A DNA stretch of 64,000 nt. Origin: Candidatus Zixiibacteriota bacterium. GTDB lineage: Bacteria > Zixibacteria > MSB-5A5 > GN15 > JACZUZ01. The notes under the pieces were generated by a model. That model worked only from the letters and a program-made list of their open reading frames with translations, did not search any database and was not told where the DNA came from. This document shows positions 16,520 through 25,002 of this stretch, piece by piece. Every line of letters starts with the position of its first letter. Within the stretch, counting starts at the first letter, position 1. Both the position numbers and the translations under genes were made by a program. The stretch spans positions 5,390 to 69,389 of the forward strand of contig JAJRPJ010000018.1 of assembly GCA_024280835.1 (NCBI GenBank), read 5' to 3'.

Positions 16520-19411
16520 TCAAGTACCGGTCGTGCCACACACTGGAGCAGCTCCACCAGCAAATATGCGGGCTATACCAGCGGTTACATCGGCGATATT
16601 GAAAGTATTATCGCTATTGAAGTCGGCCTCATCCTGACAAAATGGAGCAGCGCCTCCACCAAAGATACGCGCTATCCCTGCTGTTACATCAGCGATATTA
16701 AAAGCTCCATCATGATTGAAGTCGCCTGGAGTAACGCAGCAGCCCGTTGCGCAAGCAGGATCTGCTGCGTCAATTAAGCTATTGCAATCATCGTCAATTC
16801 CATTACCACAGTCTTCAGTAGCCGAAGGATTGACCGCAGGATCTGAATCATCGCAATCAACACTGTTGGCGACAAAGCCAGTTGGTGGACCTGAGCAGGT
16901 TGAGGTAGCCAAAGCTGAGGCATCACCGAAACCGTCACCATCTGAATCAGGCCAATAGTCTGTGAAGAGAAGACCCTCGTCAATCAAGGAATTGCAATTA
17001 TTGTCTAGACCATCACAGGTTTCTATCGCGCCAGGGAAAACAGATGGATCGGAATCATCACAGTCGGTGTTATTAGTCGAGCTACTCGGAGGAGCGCTAC
17101 ACAAACAACCCAGCGGACTACTTGGATCACCAAATCCGTCACCGTCTGCGTCAGTGAAATACGGCGTACAGCCTACAGCGCCAACATTGTCAATAATAGC
17201 GTCACAGTCATTGTCCAGACCATCACAGATTTCAATCGCTCCAGGGAAGACACTCGGATCAGCGTCATCACAGTCACCAGCGCAGGTTGTAAAACCGTCA
17301 CTGTCTGCGTCGAATCCTTCGTCAATTAGTGAGTTACAGTTATTGTCTACTCCATCACAGACCTCCGTGCCCCCAGGAAAGACAGTTGGATCGGAATCAT
17401 CACAGTCACCAGCGCAAACACTAACACCGTCACCATCAGCATCAACATCATCTAGTGTAGCAGGGTCGCAATCATTGTCAATGCCATCGCACATAATCTC
17501 TGGAGCGCCTGGGAAAACAGATGGATCACCATCGTCGCAGTCACCTGCGCAGGTTGTAAACCCATCACCGTCAACGTCAAAACCTTCATCGACAACTAAA
17601 TCACAGTTATTGTCGATGCCATCACAGACTTCAACAGCTCCAGGGAATATTGTTGGGTCGGTATCATCACAGTCAATTGAACTCGGGAACCCATCGCAAT
17701 CGAAGTCTATATCTTTGACTGTCTCAAAGATTACATCTTGGTCAGCGCCATTGCGAGCATCGTTGAATGAAAAAGCTGGGGGTGTCATAAAAGTAAACCC
17801 AAAATCAGCTCCTAAGTAATCACCAGCCCATCCAGCGCCCGCTGGTCCTGGAGGACCTGCGAAAGTAGTCAGAGCTGGAACCGAACCCATATCGGAGACC
17901 AGCCCATCAACCCAAGTGACTCCACAGTCTCTCGAAGTTGAGGCCCAGACTTCCACGCCTGCGCCAGGGGCGCTGCGTTGATCATTATAGAGGATGCAAA
18001 TATCTCCCGTGTTGGGATCTTGCACCATCTTTGGCGCCCATTGCATAGCGCCAGTACCAGTTGGGTCACAGTTTACTCGGACTGGAGGCTTCCATGTCAA
18101 TCCACCGTCGGCTGATGAGCTGAACCAAATGTCTCCATCGCCAAGTGTCATGTCCGCCCAGCAAATGTAAACGCTTCCTGGGCAGGGTCCGAACTTATCA
18201 ACGACAAGTCCGACACCGCTGGTCGCCAAAATCGGTGGACCAGCTGGAATCACAGGAGGAATTGGAGGGCCTATGGGAACTGCTATCGGACCGGCGGGTA
18301 GCACGGCGAATGGCGCGCCAGCGCCTGGCGCTGGTGATGCATGCAAGAATATTCCCCCTGCAAGCGGGCTAAAGTGCGCCACATAGAGACCACCAGCGGG
18401 AACCAGAGGCGTTCCGCCTGGTCCAGCAAAGTCCACAGCGGGACGATGGTCTTGCGGAACTGGAGCGTTTATCGGTAGTATCGGAGATATTGGAACCGCT
18501 AGAGAAACGGCTGGAAAGAGAATAGCCCCAGCGAGCGTGTTTGAATACGCATACATTATTTCATAAGTATCTGCAGGATCATCAAATGGATTGCCATCTC
18601 CGTCGGGATCTCCGTCGCCATCAAAGTAATGCACCCAAGCCATGTGTGCTGTACCAAACTCTGGAGCCGGTGATGCAGGGTCGTCATTGACGACCATAAA
18701 TGGGTAATCCACCCAATCGGTACCAGGGCCAACTCCACCAGCAGCCATCATGATCGGAGGGCCAATCGGAGGTGGAAAAGGCGCTCCCCCACCAACGTTG
18801 GCGTTGATTTGAATCCCACTGGCTCCCAATTGGACAGGTGGCGCCACTAGCAAGGCGACACTGACTGACATGAATCCACCAAACGGATGAGCCGAAATTG
18901 TAGCATTGTATTCAAGCGGAAAGAAAGCTGGTGGCACGGGACCAAGATTTATCCAAGAACCAGGCACACCACCTGCAGCTGAGAACGCATGCCCAACTGA
19001 TATTGCCGCTGGGCCTGGCCCTGCCAGCTCGTTAAAGGTGGTGTAAACTTCGCCAGCGATTGTCTCACTCCATGAAACACTTGAGTTGTTATTCTCACCT
19101 GCAGGCGAAGGAGGCGCTCCGTGCACCAAGGCGTTTGGGCCCGCTGCCGTTATGGATTGATTTTGGGTATCGCCTTGAACTATTGGATCGACTTTCTCTG
19201 CTTGTGACTCAGCGGCACGTTGTTTCCAAAGAGCCACTAATTCGTCTATCGGCATTGCCTGCTTGCTTTTTTGTGTTACTGCTTCCGCCACCAGATTTAC
19301 TGACCCTAGAGCCATCCCCAGTAACAGTGACCACACTACAAAATACTTAGCTGTTTTCACCCTGCTCATCTCCTTTGTGATTGTCCGTACTAAAACGGTA
19401 CCAGCAATCAT
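16520..19411 (-). CDS. large secreted protein: P/G/A-rich N-half with BNR (SxDxGxTW) motifs, six MopE-type Cys/Asp repeats, C-terminal duplicated dockerin-like module
   Basis: BNR motifs SSSADGGLTW and STSRDCGVTW. Six copies of DCDDxDPxxxPGAxExCDGxDNxC. The tail is GDFNHDGAFNIADVTAGIARIF and DFNSDNTFNIADVTAGIARIF. The likely true start is GVG-type: a GTG at 19360 lies 9 nt after AAGGAG and gives the signal peptide (M)KTAKYFVVWSLLLGMALGSVNLVAEA. Confidence 0.75.
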   Translation of the reverse strand: MIAGTVLVRTITKEMSRVKTAKYFVVWSLLLGMALGSVNLVAEAVTQKSKQAMPIDELVALWKQRAAESQAEKVDPIVQGDTQNQSITAAGPNALVHGAPPSPAGENNNSSVSWSETIAGEVYTTFNELAGPGPAAISVGHAFSAAGGVPGSWINLGPVPPAFFPLEYNATISAHPFGGFMSVSVALLVAPPVQLGASGIQINANVGGGAPFPPPIGPPIMMAAGGVGPGTDWVDYPFMVVNDDPASPAPEFGTAHMAWVHYFDGDGDPDGDGNPFDDPADTYEIMYAYSNTLAGAILFPAVSLAVPISPILPINAPVPQDHRPAVDFAGPGGTPLVPAGGLYVAHFSPLAGGIFLHASPAPGAGAPFAVLPAGPIAVPIGPPIPPVIPAGPPILATSGVGLVVDKFGPCPGSVYICWADMTLGDGDIWFSSSADGGLTWKPPVRVNCDPTGTGAMQWAPKMVQDPNTGDICILYNDQRSAPGAGVEVWASTSRDCGVTWVDGLVSDMGSVPALTTFAGPPGPAGAGWAGDYLGADFGFTFMTPPAFSFNDARNGADQDVIFETVKDIDFDCDGFPSSIDCDDTDPTIFPGAVEVCDGIDNNCDLVVDEGFDVDGDGFTTCAGDCDDGDPSVFPGAPEIMCDGIDNDCDPATLDDVDADGDGVSVCAGDCDDSDPTVFPGGTEVCDGVDNNCNSLIDEGFDADSDGFTTCAGDCDDADPSVFPGAIEICDGLDNDCDAIIDNVGAVGCTPYFTDADGDGFGDPSSPLGCLCSAPPSSSTNNTDCDDSDPSVFPGAIETCDGLDNNCNSLIDEGLLFTDYWPDSDGDGFGDASALATSTCSGPPTGFVANSVDCDDSDPAVNPSATEDCGNGIDDDCNSLIDAADPACATGCCVTPGDFNHDGAFNIADVTAGIARIFGGGAAPFCQDEADFNSDNTFNIADVTAGIARIFAGGAAPVCGTTGT
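16751..17713 (-). repeat. in-frame coding tandem repeats (six MopE-type putative metal-binding motifs)
   Basis: A 321-aa segment of the 963-aa protein. The repeat periodicity is also visible at DNA level, and it generates the long antisense ORF 16962..17819. Confidence 0.7.
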
Positions 19412-19851
19412 TTCAACAAATCAATTATTTTCTCACTAAATTGACTAAATAGTGACTGAGCGGAATTGCCCCCAATTTGCTCAACCTTGGGTTCATCTTA
19501 TTTGCTTTTAACTACATCAAATTAGCGAATTGCAAACTATAGTCACAGTTCACACAACAAGTGTAGTATTGACGGTGCAAAAACGTGCAAATGTAGGTAT
19601 GTGTGAGCCAAGAGCTCACTGTTGTAATCCTATATTCAATATGCGGATTGGACTCTGAGGGTCAAGCATTTTCTGCAGGTTACCACACTCAAGCCTACCA
19701 CCCCGCGAAGCGCCAATCTCATGTCCTGCAGCAAGTTACCGGAGGACCCTAAAACAGCTTCTCAAAAAAGCCACATGATAAGTGTCTATTTGACCAATAT
19801 TGCTGGGTATTTTACCAAGAAATTGGCATTCGGGCTGTATGGCAGATAGTA

Positions 19852-20859
19852 CTATGCGCCTGGCTTGTGGACTGTCCAGATGGAGTCAGTGAAGAAACGC
19901 CGTGAATCGAAAAGCATTTTGTTCACTCGAAAACCAGTTTCGGCAGCAAGAACCTTGACTTCAGACTCAAGATATTTGTAGGAATATTCAGTGTGAATAG
20001 GCTCCCATTCGCGGAAACTAAAAGAACGTCCGATTGTCTCTATATAGACATCCTGATCTTCCATACTGACTAAGAAACTTTCCATCGCGCCATTGAAGAC
20101 ATTATAGGTTCCATAGTGTCGGAACTTATTCAAATCAAATGTTCCACCAAGTTCACGGTTGATCCTGACAAGCAAATTCAAATTGAATTGCGCAGTGACA
20201 CCAGCTACGTCATTATAGGCTAGTAGTAGCGCTTCAATATCTTTCTTCAAATCGAAACCAGTTAGGAGACAATCTTCGTGATTCAATGAGTTCCAAACAT
20301 TGCGCAAGAATGTTCGGGCGCCCGCATGGTTAAAGTTCCCGATGCTTGAGCCAAGGAACAAGACGAAATTGCGTCGTTCATTGCGATTGTTGAGCCATTT
20401 GATACCATTGAAATATTCTGAAACTAGGCCATTGGTCTCTACTTCAGGCATTGTCTCTTTTAGGTCACTGACCAACTCTATCATGGCTCCCTCAGAGATA
20501 TCTATTGGGACGTATTGAAATTCAAGGTCAAGTTCGGTGAACCTCTTCAAGAGTATTTTTGTCTTTTCGCCAATGCCAGCGCCGAGTTCAACCAAATTGA
20601 AAGCTACACCGTTGAATTGTTGGGCGATCTCGTCTGCGTACTTGACCAGAATCTCTCGCTCACAATCTGTCGGATAGTAATCTGGCGACTTAGTGATGGC
20701 AGTAAACAATTCACTTCCAGCGCTATCATACAAATATTTTGATGATAGAGATTTATGAGTTTCAGACAAACCGACTAAGACATCAAGCGCAAAAGCTTGA
20801 TTGGCGTCGAATGAGTCCTCAAAATCTTTTGGGTCTAGTTTCTTATATGTTATAGACAT
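19852..20859 (-). CDS. egtD: L-histidine N-alpha-methyltransferase (ergothioneine biosynthesis)
   Basis: SSKYLYDSAGSELFTAITKSPDYYPTDCEREIL matches the EgtD signature (K.FYD..GS.LF..I...PEYY.TR.E..IL). Length is 335 aa, and it lies directly downstream of the EgtB-like gene. Confidence 0.85.
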   Translation of the reverse strand: MSITYKKLDPKDFEDSFDANQAFALDVLVGLSETHKSLSSKYLYDSAGSELFTAITKSPDYYPTDCEREILVKYADEIAQQFNGVAFNLVELGAGIGEKTKILLKRFTELDLEFQYVPIDISEGAMIELVSDLKETMPEVETNGLVSEYFNGIKWLNNRNERRNFVLFLGSSIGNFNHAGARTFLRNVWNSLNHEDCLLTGFDLKKDIEALLLAYNDVAGVTAQFNLNLLVRINRELGGTFDLNKFRHYGTYNVFNGAMESFLVSMEDQDVYIETIGRSFSFREWEPIHTEYSYKYLESEVKVLAAETGFRVNKMLFDSRRFFTDSIWTVHKPGA

Positions 20860-20993
20860 GTGCCGTTACTTATTCTCTTGAGTGTGATTTGTGAGTTTGG
20901 GCGGGATTTGAGATGACTCAATCAGATGTATATTGTTTTGAAATTTCAGATTGAGCCAAGTTTGAACTGAGCCTTAATTAAATTGAATCTTCC

Positions 20994-22397
20994 TTAAACA
21001 TTGTCTGCCAAGCGAATTCCAGTCATCTGCCAGCGTTTGTCACATTGGAAAAAGCTTCTATATGTTGTGCGCACGTGTGACTTAGGTGTCAGACATGACC
21101 CACCGCGAAGAACCATCTGGTCGGACATAAACTTGCCATTATACTCACCCAATGGTCCAGCTTCTTGCTTGTAACCAGGATATGCTAAGTAAGAACTAGC
21201 AGTCCACTCCCAAACATCACCAAACATTTGACTAAGTGACATATCGTTTTTTCCGCAAACTGGATTATCGGCTGTCGGATGTAAGATGCTTTTTTCAACA
21301 AAATTGCCATCACGTTGGATTTCATCAAGAGTCTCGGCGGCGAATTCCCACTCCATTTCTGTTGGTAGGCGTTTTCCAGCCCAACGGGCGAAAGCCCAGC
21401 TTTCGTAGTAACTAACATGACAGACTGGCTCAGCGAGGTTCAATGGCCGCGTTCCCGAAAGTGTATTGATTGTCCAACCTGATTCTGTCTTTTCCCAATA
21501 CATCGGATGGCGCCATATCTTGCTCGGTACCCTCCCCCAAGCATCGGCAAGCCAGAGACTAGGGTTATCGTATCCGCCATCATTGATAAACTCAAGAAAC
21601 TCCCCACAGGTGACTAGGCGAGGCAATAGCTTGAAGTCCTCAAGATATACTTTGTGACGTGGCGATTCATTGTCGTAGGTAAACTTTGCTCCGCTGGAGT
21701 CTGCGTTATCGGCTCCGACTTCGACTAGGCCGCCTTTGAAGGTCAGATAATGATTACGAAGGAAAGGTGTCTTATCATTTGAAGTTGACGCAACAGGCTC
21801 TAAGTAAGCTGGCTGTAGGGGATTTGAAGCGAAGACATGCTTGATATCACTCAGTAACAATTCTTGATGCTGCTGCTCGTGATTAAAACCAATTTTGAAT
21901 AGAGAATATATTTCGTTCCATGACTTTTCAGCAACGGTTGCAATAAATTTCTCTACTCGCTCATCTATCGCCGCACGGTATTCCATTATTTCTGGAACAG
22001 TTGGACGCGACAATGTTCCACGCAGGGGACGATCCGCCTGTTGGCCAAGCGAATTATAATAAGAATTGAAGATGTAATAATATTTCTCGTTAAAGGGGCG
22101 GTAATTGGGGCTGAACTGCTGGAGTATTACTCGCTCGAAGAACCACGTTACATGCGCCAAGTGCCATTTAGCGGGGCTCGTATCGTCCATTGACTGGACA
22201 ACACAATCCTCTGGTTGCAGGGGCGCGGCCAGCTTCTTGGTTTGCGCCCTGACAGCCTTGAACTCTTCTAATAGTTCTTTGCGGCACTGGTCGATAGATT
22301 CAATTGCTTGCGACATGTCATTTACCTGTTCTGTATACCTGGTTTCCCAGCAATCCTTCTGCTTTTGTATATTGGTAAAATAAATTTCATCAGTCAA
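20994..22397 (-). CDS. egtB: ergothioneine biosynthesis sulfoxide synthase EgtB (DinB_2 + FGE-sulfatase domains)
   Basis: SPAKWHLAHVTWFFERVIL is the DinB-type iron site. GDVWEWTASSYLAYPGYK...VLRGGSCLTPKSHVRTTYRSFF is the FGE-like domain. At 467 aa with no fused methyltransferase domain, it is EgtB rather than OvoA. Confidence 0.85.
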   Translation of the reverse strand: MTDEIYFTNIQKQKDCWETRYTEQVNDMSQAIESIDQCRKELLEEFKAVRAQTKKLAAPLQPEDCVVQSMDDTSPAKWHLAHVTWFFERVILQQFSPNYRPFNEKYYYIFNSYYNSLGQQADRPLRGTLSRPTVPEIMEYRAAIDERVEKFIATVAEKSWNEIYSLFKIGFNHEQQHQELLLSDIKHVFASNPLQPAYLEPVASTSNDKTPFLRNHYLTFKGGLVEVGADNADSSGAKFTYDNESPRHKVYLEDFKLLPRLVTCGEFLEFINDGGYDNPSLWLADAWGRVPSKIWRHPMYWEKTESGWTINTLSGTRPLNLAEPVCHVSYYESWAFARWAGKRLPTEMEWEFAAETLDEIQRDGNFVEKSILHPTADNPVCGKNDMSLSQMFGDVWEWTASSYLAYPGYKQEAGPLGEYNGKFMSDQMVLRGGSCLTPKSHVRTTYRSFFQCDKRWQMTGIRLADNV

Positions 22398-22505
22398 GCG
22401 CTCTCAGACAATCATTCTTCAAAAAATCGTTCCCGCGAAAATAATACTTTGGAAAAGCCAAATGGTGAGCGCTGGCAATCACTTTTGCTTCACAATCTTG
22501 AGAGT

Positions 22506-24020
22506 CTATTGACTGAAAATCGCGCGGCGTAATTGTTTAGCGCTTTCACTGACAGAGCGGTTATCGAGGTCAACGGCCTTGTTTGCTGAGCGCATTTCTT
22601 CAGCGGTAATTTTTCCGATGATGACATTCAGGGCTTCAATCAATCGTTGATTACTCGATGCTCGCGGTGAAAGCAACAGAGTTGCGTCATATGGGGGTAG
22701 GGCCTGCTGTGGATCGGTGAGGGTTACTAAATCAAAGGCGGCGATGCTGCCATCGGTTGAATAGGCGGCGATAACATTGACGGCATCTTCATTTATTGCG
22801 GCATACATTAGGCTGTGATCCATGCTGACTAAGTCAGTAAAATTGAGACGATAGGTATCACGCAACGACACCCATTCTGGTCGGCCAAAGAATTCATAGT
22901 CACTGCCCATTTTCATATTTCGTGAATAGGAGCTCAAATCCGAGACACTTACAATTTTGTTATTCTCAGCGAATTCTCGCGGAATAGCCAAAGCGTATGT
23001 ATTCTCAAAGCCCAAAGCTCCAAGACAAAGGACTTGATGCTGATCCATCAGCCATTTGGTTAGCTCCACGAGTACGGTGTCACCTTTGGGAACGCTTTTT
23101 CTCTGCATGTAGTTGGCCCAAATCGTACCAGAATAGTCTACATAACAATCGACTTCATTATTGGTTAGCGCTTCGAATAAAATCGTTGAGCCCATTCCCG
23201 AGCGAACCTCGATTTCAAAACCAGCGTCGGTCAGAATTTCGCTCATCATTTCAGAGAGTACATATTGTTCGGTGAAAGTTTTGGCGCCAATAACTATACG
23301 CTCTGCGCCAGTGTTGCTATTGTATCGCTCATATAGTGGAGACATCCCCAGCAAAGCCAATAGAAGCAGGCCGACACTGGTGCCGATAGCTAGAGTTTTT
23401 TTTCGTTGGCTGGCTGCGTATTCAATCAGGTGAATAAATTGATCTAGGATAATCGCCAAAGCCGCAGCGCTGGCGCTGCCGACAATCACTGCTGTGTAAT
23501 TTTGTGTTTGCAGGCCACTGAAAATGTAGTTGCCTAAAGAAGTCGCTCCGACAGGTGTCGCCAAGGTTGCTGTGCCGACTATCCAGACTGCAGAAGTGCG
23601 AATTCCTGCTATGATAACTGGCGCGGCAAGTGGTAATTCTACGAGTCGCAGTATTTGCATTGAGGTCATGCCTGACCCACGCGCCGCTTCTGTTAGAGAG
23701 GAATCAATATCAAGAATACCAGTCACTGTGTTTCTAATCATCGGTAGCATACTATAGAGAACTAAAGCTATCAGTGCAGGCAAAGCCCCAATTTGTCCGA
23801 GCAATGGCACCATCAAAGCTAACATGGCAATGCCTGGTATGGTTTGCAGAATGCTGGCGATAGTCATCACTGGCCATTGCAAGGCTTTGACACGTGTAAC
23901 TAGCGCCGCCAGTGGCAAGCAGATGATTATTCCAATCGCTAGCGCTGTTAGTGTCAGTGCGATATGATGCGAGAGGTAGTTTGGTAATAACGCCAACTGT
24001 TCGGCAAGACGTTCGCTCAT
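22506..24020 (-). CDS. ABC transporter, fused permease + OpuAC-type substrate-binding domain (quaternary-amine / EgtU-like architecture)
   Basis: The N-terminal half is a BPD-type permease (ASILQTIPGIAMLALMVPL...). The C-terminal half, RIVIGAKTFTEQYVLSEMMSEIL...DCYVDYSGTIWANYM, resembles OpuBC/OpuCC-type binding domains. Confidence 0.85.
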   Translation of the reverse strand: MSERLAEQLALLPNYLSHHIALTLTALAIGIIICLPLAALVTRVKALQWPVMTIASILQTIPGIAMLALMVPLLGQIGALPALIALVLYSMLPMIRNTVTGILDIDSSLTEAARGSGMTSMQILRLVELPLAAPVIIAGIRTSAVWIVGTATLATPVGATSLGNYIFSGLQTQNYTAVIVGSASAAALAIILDQFIHLIEYAASQRKKTLAIGTSVGLLLLALLGMSPLYERYNSNTGAERIVIGAKTFTEQYVLSEMMSEILTDAGFEIEVRSGMGSTILFEALTNNEVDCYVDYSGTIWANYMQRKSVPKGDTVLVELTKWLMDQHQVLCLGALGFENTYALAIPREFAENNKIVSVSDLSSYSRNMKMGSDYEFFGRPEWVSLRDTYRLNFTDLVSMDHSLMYAAINEDAVNVIAAYSTDGSIAAFDLVTLTDPQQALPPYDATLLLSPRASSNQRLIEALNVIIGKITAEEMRSANKAVDLDNRSVSESAKQLRRAIFSQ

Positions 24021-24802
24021 TGACTATCTGCGCTTTCGGATTGTTGCAGAAGTTTAGTAAGGGCATTCATTTGATTGACAGGAGTCTCAAGGAGGCGCTG
24101 TGCATAGGGATGCCCAGGATTTTGCAAAATATTTGCTGGTGTGTCGAGACGCACTATTTTGCCTTTCTCCATAACTGCGATTCTATCGGCAAGTGTCAGC
24201 GCTTCGCTCATATCGTGCGTCACCAAGATAATTGTCATTGACATTAGCTTGTGAAGTCGAGTTAACTCTTTCTGGAGTCCTGAGCGTGTCAATGGATCCA
24301 ACGCCCCGAATGGTTCATCCATGAGCATCACCGATGGAGCAACCGCCAAAGCCCGAGCGACACCAATTCTCTGCTGCTGTCCACCAGAGAGTTCACGCGG
24401 AAACCTATTGCGCAGCCCATCAGGGTTTAGCTCAACCATTTGCAGAAGCTCTGTCACCCGTGAGTGCATTCTCTCAGCGCTCCAGCCCAACAAACGTGGA
24501 GTAATCGATATATTCTCAGCGACTGTCATATGTGGAAACAAACCGATTTCCTGAAAGACATAGCCGATACGTCGCCTGAGAGTCACAGGATCAAGAGCGA
24601 GTATGTTTTCGCCATCGATTTCGATTGACCCTGCGCTAGGCTCAATCAACCGATTAATCATTTTCAAGGTTGTGGTTTTACCACAACCAGATTCACCAAC
24701 AAGAGCCAGTAGTTCACCACTCTTGATTTCAAGATCGATACTGTCGACAGCGAATGTTGCCTCGTCATCATATGATTTGGATATGTTCTTTAGATTGATC
24801 AT
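24017..24802 (-). CDS. ABC transporter ATP-binding protein (short OpuCA/ProV-like, no CBS tail)
   Basis: Walker A GESGCGKTT, signature LSGGQQQRIGVARAL, Walker B LLMDEPFGALD. A 4-nt overlap (24017-24020) links it to the permease gene. Confidence 0.9.
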   Translation of the reverse strand: MINLKNISKSYDDEATFAVDSIDLEIKSGELLALVGESGCGKTTTLKMINRLIEPSAGSIEIDGENILALDPVTLRRRIGYVFQEIGLFPHMTVAENISITPRLLGWSAERMHSRVTELLQMVELNPDGLRNRFPRELSGGQQQRIGVARALAVAPSVMLMDEPFGALDPLTRSGLQKELTRLHKLMSMTIILVTHDMSEALTLADRIAVMEKGKIVRLDTPANILQNPGHPYAQRLLETPVNQMNALTKLLQQSESADSQ

Positions 24803-25002
24803 GTTTACCGACTGTTAGTTTCTTCTCTGAAAGCTGCATCGTTATGCCCTTCTAAGGTAATCAACAACAAGACGTTTGGCCACTCTCTCTTAGAGCCTAC
24901 AAGCACGGCGGCCATATCCTACTTGTCAACTATGGAAAATGTATTACCTTATTCTAACGTACCGTCAGTTGCCCAACGCTCTATTCGTAGAGGTTCTCGA
25001 CT

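Noticed and set aside
16751-17713. Regularly spaced DNA repeats that could be mistaken for a CRISPR-like or satellite array
   Set aside because: The repeats are in-frame coding repeats of one long ORF. The units are imperfect and contiguous, with no spacer structure. No cas genes are present.
16962-17819. 285-aa plus-strand ORF, with 16716..16958 and 19060..19350, antisense to the 963-aa gene
   Set aside because: It is S/P/Q-rich low-complexity sequence produced by the reverse complement of the GAC/GAT/TGC-rich MopE repeats. The minus-strand gene has clear domain content, so this is a shadow ORF.
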